Below, piece by piece: positions 39,321 through 42,763 of a stretch of DNA of 42,763 nt. Source of the DNA: Lama guanicoe (Eukaryota). A program made the translations under genes and the position numbers. Where the stretch lies: NCBI GenBank assembly GCA_013239625.1, contig MU053597.1, positions 63,664-106,426 of the forward strand, given 5' to 3'. Each line of letters begins with the position of its first letter. Within the stretch, counting starts at the first letter, position 1. Under the pieces are notes generated by a model. It had not been told where the DNA came from and did no database searches. It was given only the letters and a program-made list of their open reading frames with translations.

Positions 39321-39529
39321 TGTTTTGTTTTGTTTTCACTTGACATAGCATTTTGATTATCTGAAAGGGAAATCCAGGTGGGCTAAAGATGTGATGTACA
39401 CAGTGAAGCCCTTTCAGTAACTCTGTGCCTAACCTTGGGGGAGGCACTGCCCTTCCCCCTGTGACACCACAGCCAGAAGACAGAAGGGAGATGCTTAGCT
39501 CTTCCTGGGGCAAAAGCAAAACCAAGCAA

Positions 39530-39975
39530 ATCAAGAAACCAGCAAAAGTCCAGAAATATAGCCGGAAAGACAAACCACGACCCGGAAGAAGCGTTCCTCA
39601 GAACCCAAGGTTGGACAAAGGCTACACATCCCCGGGGTCCAAAGACCTCTCGAAACCCAGTGCTCTACACAAACAGAACACACACAGGCAGTTCCAACGA
39701 GAGGCAGAGCAGGTGGCCAGTGTGGGTTAGACGTGCTCGACCTCTTGGGGGAGGACACAGGCGGACGGACACACCGTGGAGACAGCACTGGTCACCATGA
39801 CGCTGGCAGGTCTTTAGCCTGGTCACAGCCAGCCCTGGTGACAACGTGAGGAGGCAGAGGCCCCAGCAGATTTCCCGGAGGGACGAGAGAACAGACACTC
39901 CTCTCCAGGGAAACAGTGTGCAGGACGCATCAAAGGGCCACAGGCGCAGCCCTTCCCCGGCAGTGCTGATCCTTA
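39530..39975 (+). mobile_element. Old L1 ORF2 C-terminal relic, heavily AT->GC rewritten
   Basis: GAAAGACAAACCACGACCCGGAAGAAG, GACAAAGGCTACACATCC and ACAGGCAGTTC...GTGGCCAG...GTGCTCGACCTC occur in the same order as the homologous parts of the L1s at ~8460-8950 and ~36790-37270. Confidence 0.6.
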
Positions 39976-40151
39976 CAGCTGACCCCACCAAAGTGCTCAC
40001 ACAACTTGCAAAGAAGTTTTTTCTTCAGCAACATGAAAAGAATCACTATGTCATCAAGGCATTTTCAGAAGTGACCTGCCCTGGACCCTAACAATACAAA
40101 CACATAAATACAGAGATACGCACGTAAACGTATACGCACATGCATCCAGGA

Positions 40152-40250
40152 AAAGAGAGAGACTGAAACACAGAGAGGCAGAGGCAGAGAGAGAAACAGA
40201 GAGAGAGAGAGAGACAAGACAGGCACTGAGAGACAGAGAGGGGGAGAAGG
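40152..40250. repeat. (GA)-rich low-complexity tract
   Basis: GAGAGA/GACAGA units. Confidence 0.85.
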
Positions 40251-40774
40251 AACACCGGAGCTGGGAACGAGCGGAAGTCACGCCCATTTTCACACGTCAC
40301 TCTGCAGGTCAGAACCCGGTCCCAATGTCCATCCACCCTGCAGGGGAGGGTGTGTGTGTGTGGGGGGGTGGTCACACAAGGACACGTGACCAGAAGGCAT
40401 AAAAGCAGAGAGCATTGTGGGGCAGCCCACCCCAGAGGCCGAGATGAGACACTGGGCCTGAATCTCAACATGACACAATGACCCAGGAGGTGGTATGCCA
40501 GCGAAAAGGAAGTCACAGTTATGTTCAGTTTCTTCCTCCCCCCGCCCCAACAGGGAGCTGGGAAGCAGGCGGCAAGGGGAGTGACTTTCTCCGGACCCCA
40601 GGGCAGACCCCAGCCTGTGTGGGGTGTGCCCTGTGCTCCACCAGCCCTCTGTGGGGCCCTCCCTTTGCTGAGTCTGTGCACGAGCTCCCTGTGATGCCAG
40701 CCTGCGGAGCTGACAGGTGCGGTAGGTGTTTGTGGCTCTGGAGACACGATGGCTTCCCCAGGAAGGAGGGGCCA

Positions 40775-40895
40775 GAATGATCCCCACCGTGCCGACGGGG
40801 CACTGGGGACACCCTGAGAGGCAGGCGGCTCGTCCAGTGTGACAGCACTGCAGACGAGGGGGTCCGGGTCCGAACCCAGCCACGTCCTCAGAGCT
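40775..40895. mobile_element. MIR relic, GC-shifted
   Basis: ATCCCCACCGTGCCGACGGGGCACTGGGG...GAGAGG...CCGGGTCCGAACCCAG aligns by eye to MIR ATCCCCATTTTACAGATGAGGAAACTGAGG...GAGAGG...CCGGGATTCGAACCCAG. Confidence 0.6.
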
Positions 40896-42104
40896 GGCTC
40901 CCTGGCTGCATCCAGGCCTCCGCAGGGTCCTGGGGGGGGGGGCTGAGTTGGTGTCACTGTGTGCGCACATGGCATGGGCTGGGAGGTGAGCAGTCAGCAG
41001 CCCAGAGAGGCCCTTGGGGAGCTCTGTGGAAGGAGGAAGCTTGGGGAAGGGGACCCCAGGAAGTGACCTCACTTCCCTGTCAACTGAACCCAACAGAACT
41101 TAGAACCGAGGTCACCGGGCACCCATTCTGCCAAGAAGCCCCTAGTCAGCTCAGTCAGTTTGTGAACTCAGCTCAACTCAGTCACACATGTTCTGCTGCA
41201 TCCCAACACCCTAAGGCCGCGACCCCAGGAAGGCCCGCAGCGAGGGGCTGGGCCAGCGGTGCTGGCGCTGGGTCAGCTCTCACTCCAGGCGCCTCTGGCC
41301 TTTTGACCACAGGGACCCAAAGGTAACCCAGGGAGGCCCGGGGCAGGCCCGCCCAGGCCAGGCCACCACTCAGACCCCACCTGGGTATAGCCCCACATCC
41401 CCTTCCTTGCTGGTGGCAGCAAGGAAAATGCTTAACTAACTTGGAGGGACTAGTGGAAATACAGTAGAAATGCTTAATATTCATGGGCTTCTGTTCAGTT
41501 CTTTCACATAGCTAGAATTACTCTCGGGTCAGCAGATTCTATGGGAATTTATGTCAGAGAAATGCACTATTTTAAAAAAGGATAAAAACAGTATCAATGC
41601 TTTGAGGATATTTGTCTAATTGTCATCTAATAGAGAAAAAGAAAAAGAAAAGAGAAGTTTGAGTTCATATAGTCTCTAAAAGACAGACTATAAATTATTT
41701 CATTCAGATAAATTTTTATATAATAATATAACAAACTGTTTACTGAAGGTAGTGTTACCTTTCACTAGGAATATAGTTGATCCTATTCACACACCCACTT
41801 GTTCTGTAACCATCTAAAGAGTGCCTACTATACACAAGGCATTGATTATTGTCTTTAAAAATAGTGCCTTCCCTTTTCTCTCCATTATGATAAAGATTTT
41901 TCATTACACATTTAAATTATGGCCCGGTAATGTTAACTATTCCTACTTAATACACAATAAAATACTTCATTTCTAAATATTGAAAAATATCCTTTCATGG
42001 GAATAGCACAATGCAACATTAGATGTCTTGCATCAGTCAATTGTTCACACCCATGCTTTCTTTTCAATGACTGGGAAAATCACCTCCTGGCCAAGACTGC
42101 CTAA

Positions 42105-42155
42105 GATATAGATATAGATAGATACATAGAGATATAGAGATATAATAGATACATA
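42105..42155. repeat. (ATAG/AT) low-complexity microsatellite
   Basis: AGATATAGATATAGATAGATACATAGAGATATAGAGATAT. Confidence 0.8.
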
Positions 42156-42763
42156 TCACAAGAATGATATATCTTGAAAGACTAAAAGAGATACTTTGAA
42201 CCTGGAGTCTTTTCAATCAGGGTGCCAATTATTTAAGTTTTCATAAACAGAGTGTTATAACGTTTAGTCAGATAAATTTTCAGGACAAGTGAATTTATCA
42301 CCATTAGACTCACCCAAGTTGCCTGAAAGATCTGCACAGAAAAATGCATGTCAATATCCAAACAAACCCATAGCTGTGGGCTTGCCAACGGAAAACTCAG
42401 GGGAATAGCTGAAGTTTTAGTATTTATATAAGCTTTTCACCACTGGGCAAGAGAGAGGGATTTATTTCATGTTATGGAAAACAACAGATGCACTTTGGAT
42501 ATGAGACTGGGGAGAGAGGCAGCGTCTGGGGCTGCAGTTGTGACCGCTGTTTGTGTATGTGCGTGGGTGTGGGGGTGGAAATGTTCATAAATGCCTTAAA
42601 CTCAGAGACCGAACATCACTGCATTCCACTTCCCCCAGAGGACACATCCATCATTTTCTTCCAAAAATCTGTCTCTTGATCTAAATCTGATGTGGAATCC
42701 TTGCCTTTATCTACACACACAAAAAAAGCTGTAAGCACATGTTTTTATTAACCACAAAAATTT

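Noticed and set aside
40088..41093. 295-aa and 267-aa minus-strand ORFs
   Set aside because: Span GA/GT microsatellites and a MIR relic in GC-rich DNA; two frames are equally open and there is no recognisable domain.

Overview
Mammalian genomic DNA, most likely camelid (a tRNA-derived Vic-1-type SINE lies at ~33050-33174, and there are camelid-like L1 3' ends). The only gene-like element is a CpG-island promoter and first exon transcribed on the minus strand (GC boxes, CCAAT, donor GTG|GTGAGT at 4270/4269). Bases 1-4269 are its first intron. I cannot name the gene. The remaining ~38 kb is upstream intergenic DNA dense in repeats: two large degenerate L1s (~6930-9220 and ~33755-37888), older L1 fragments, ERV1-type solo LTRs, MaLR, MIR, L2 and microsatellites. 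No ORF in the track is a credible intact protein; the long ones come from GC-rich sequence or L1 ORF2 debris. I found no evidence of a new multi-gene system. The most unusual signal is a ~2.4 kb GC/CpG-rich island at ~39050-41440 made of ancient L1 and MIR relics rewritten AT->GC, a candidate GC-biased gene conversion tract and possible newly created CpG island/enhancer. Also notable are a 121-nt TSD-flanked retro-insertion that looks like an L1 3' transduction (30029-30179) and tandem duplications with reciprocal CpG-decay marks. Repeat family names come from my recollection of consensus sequences, and many boundaries are approximate.
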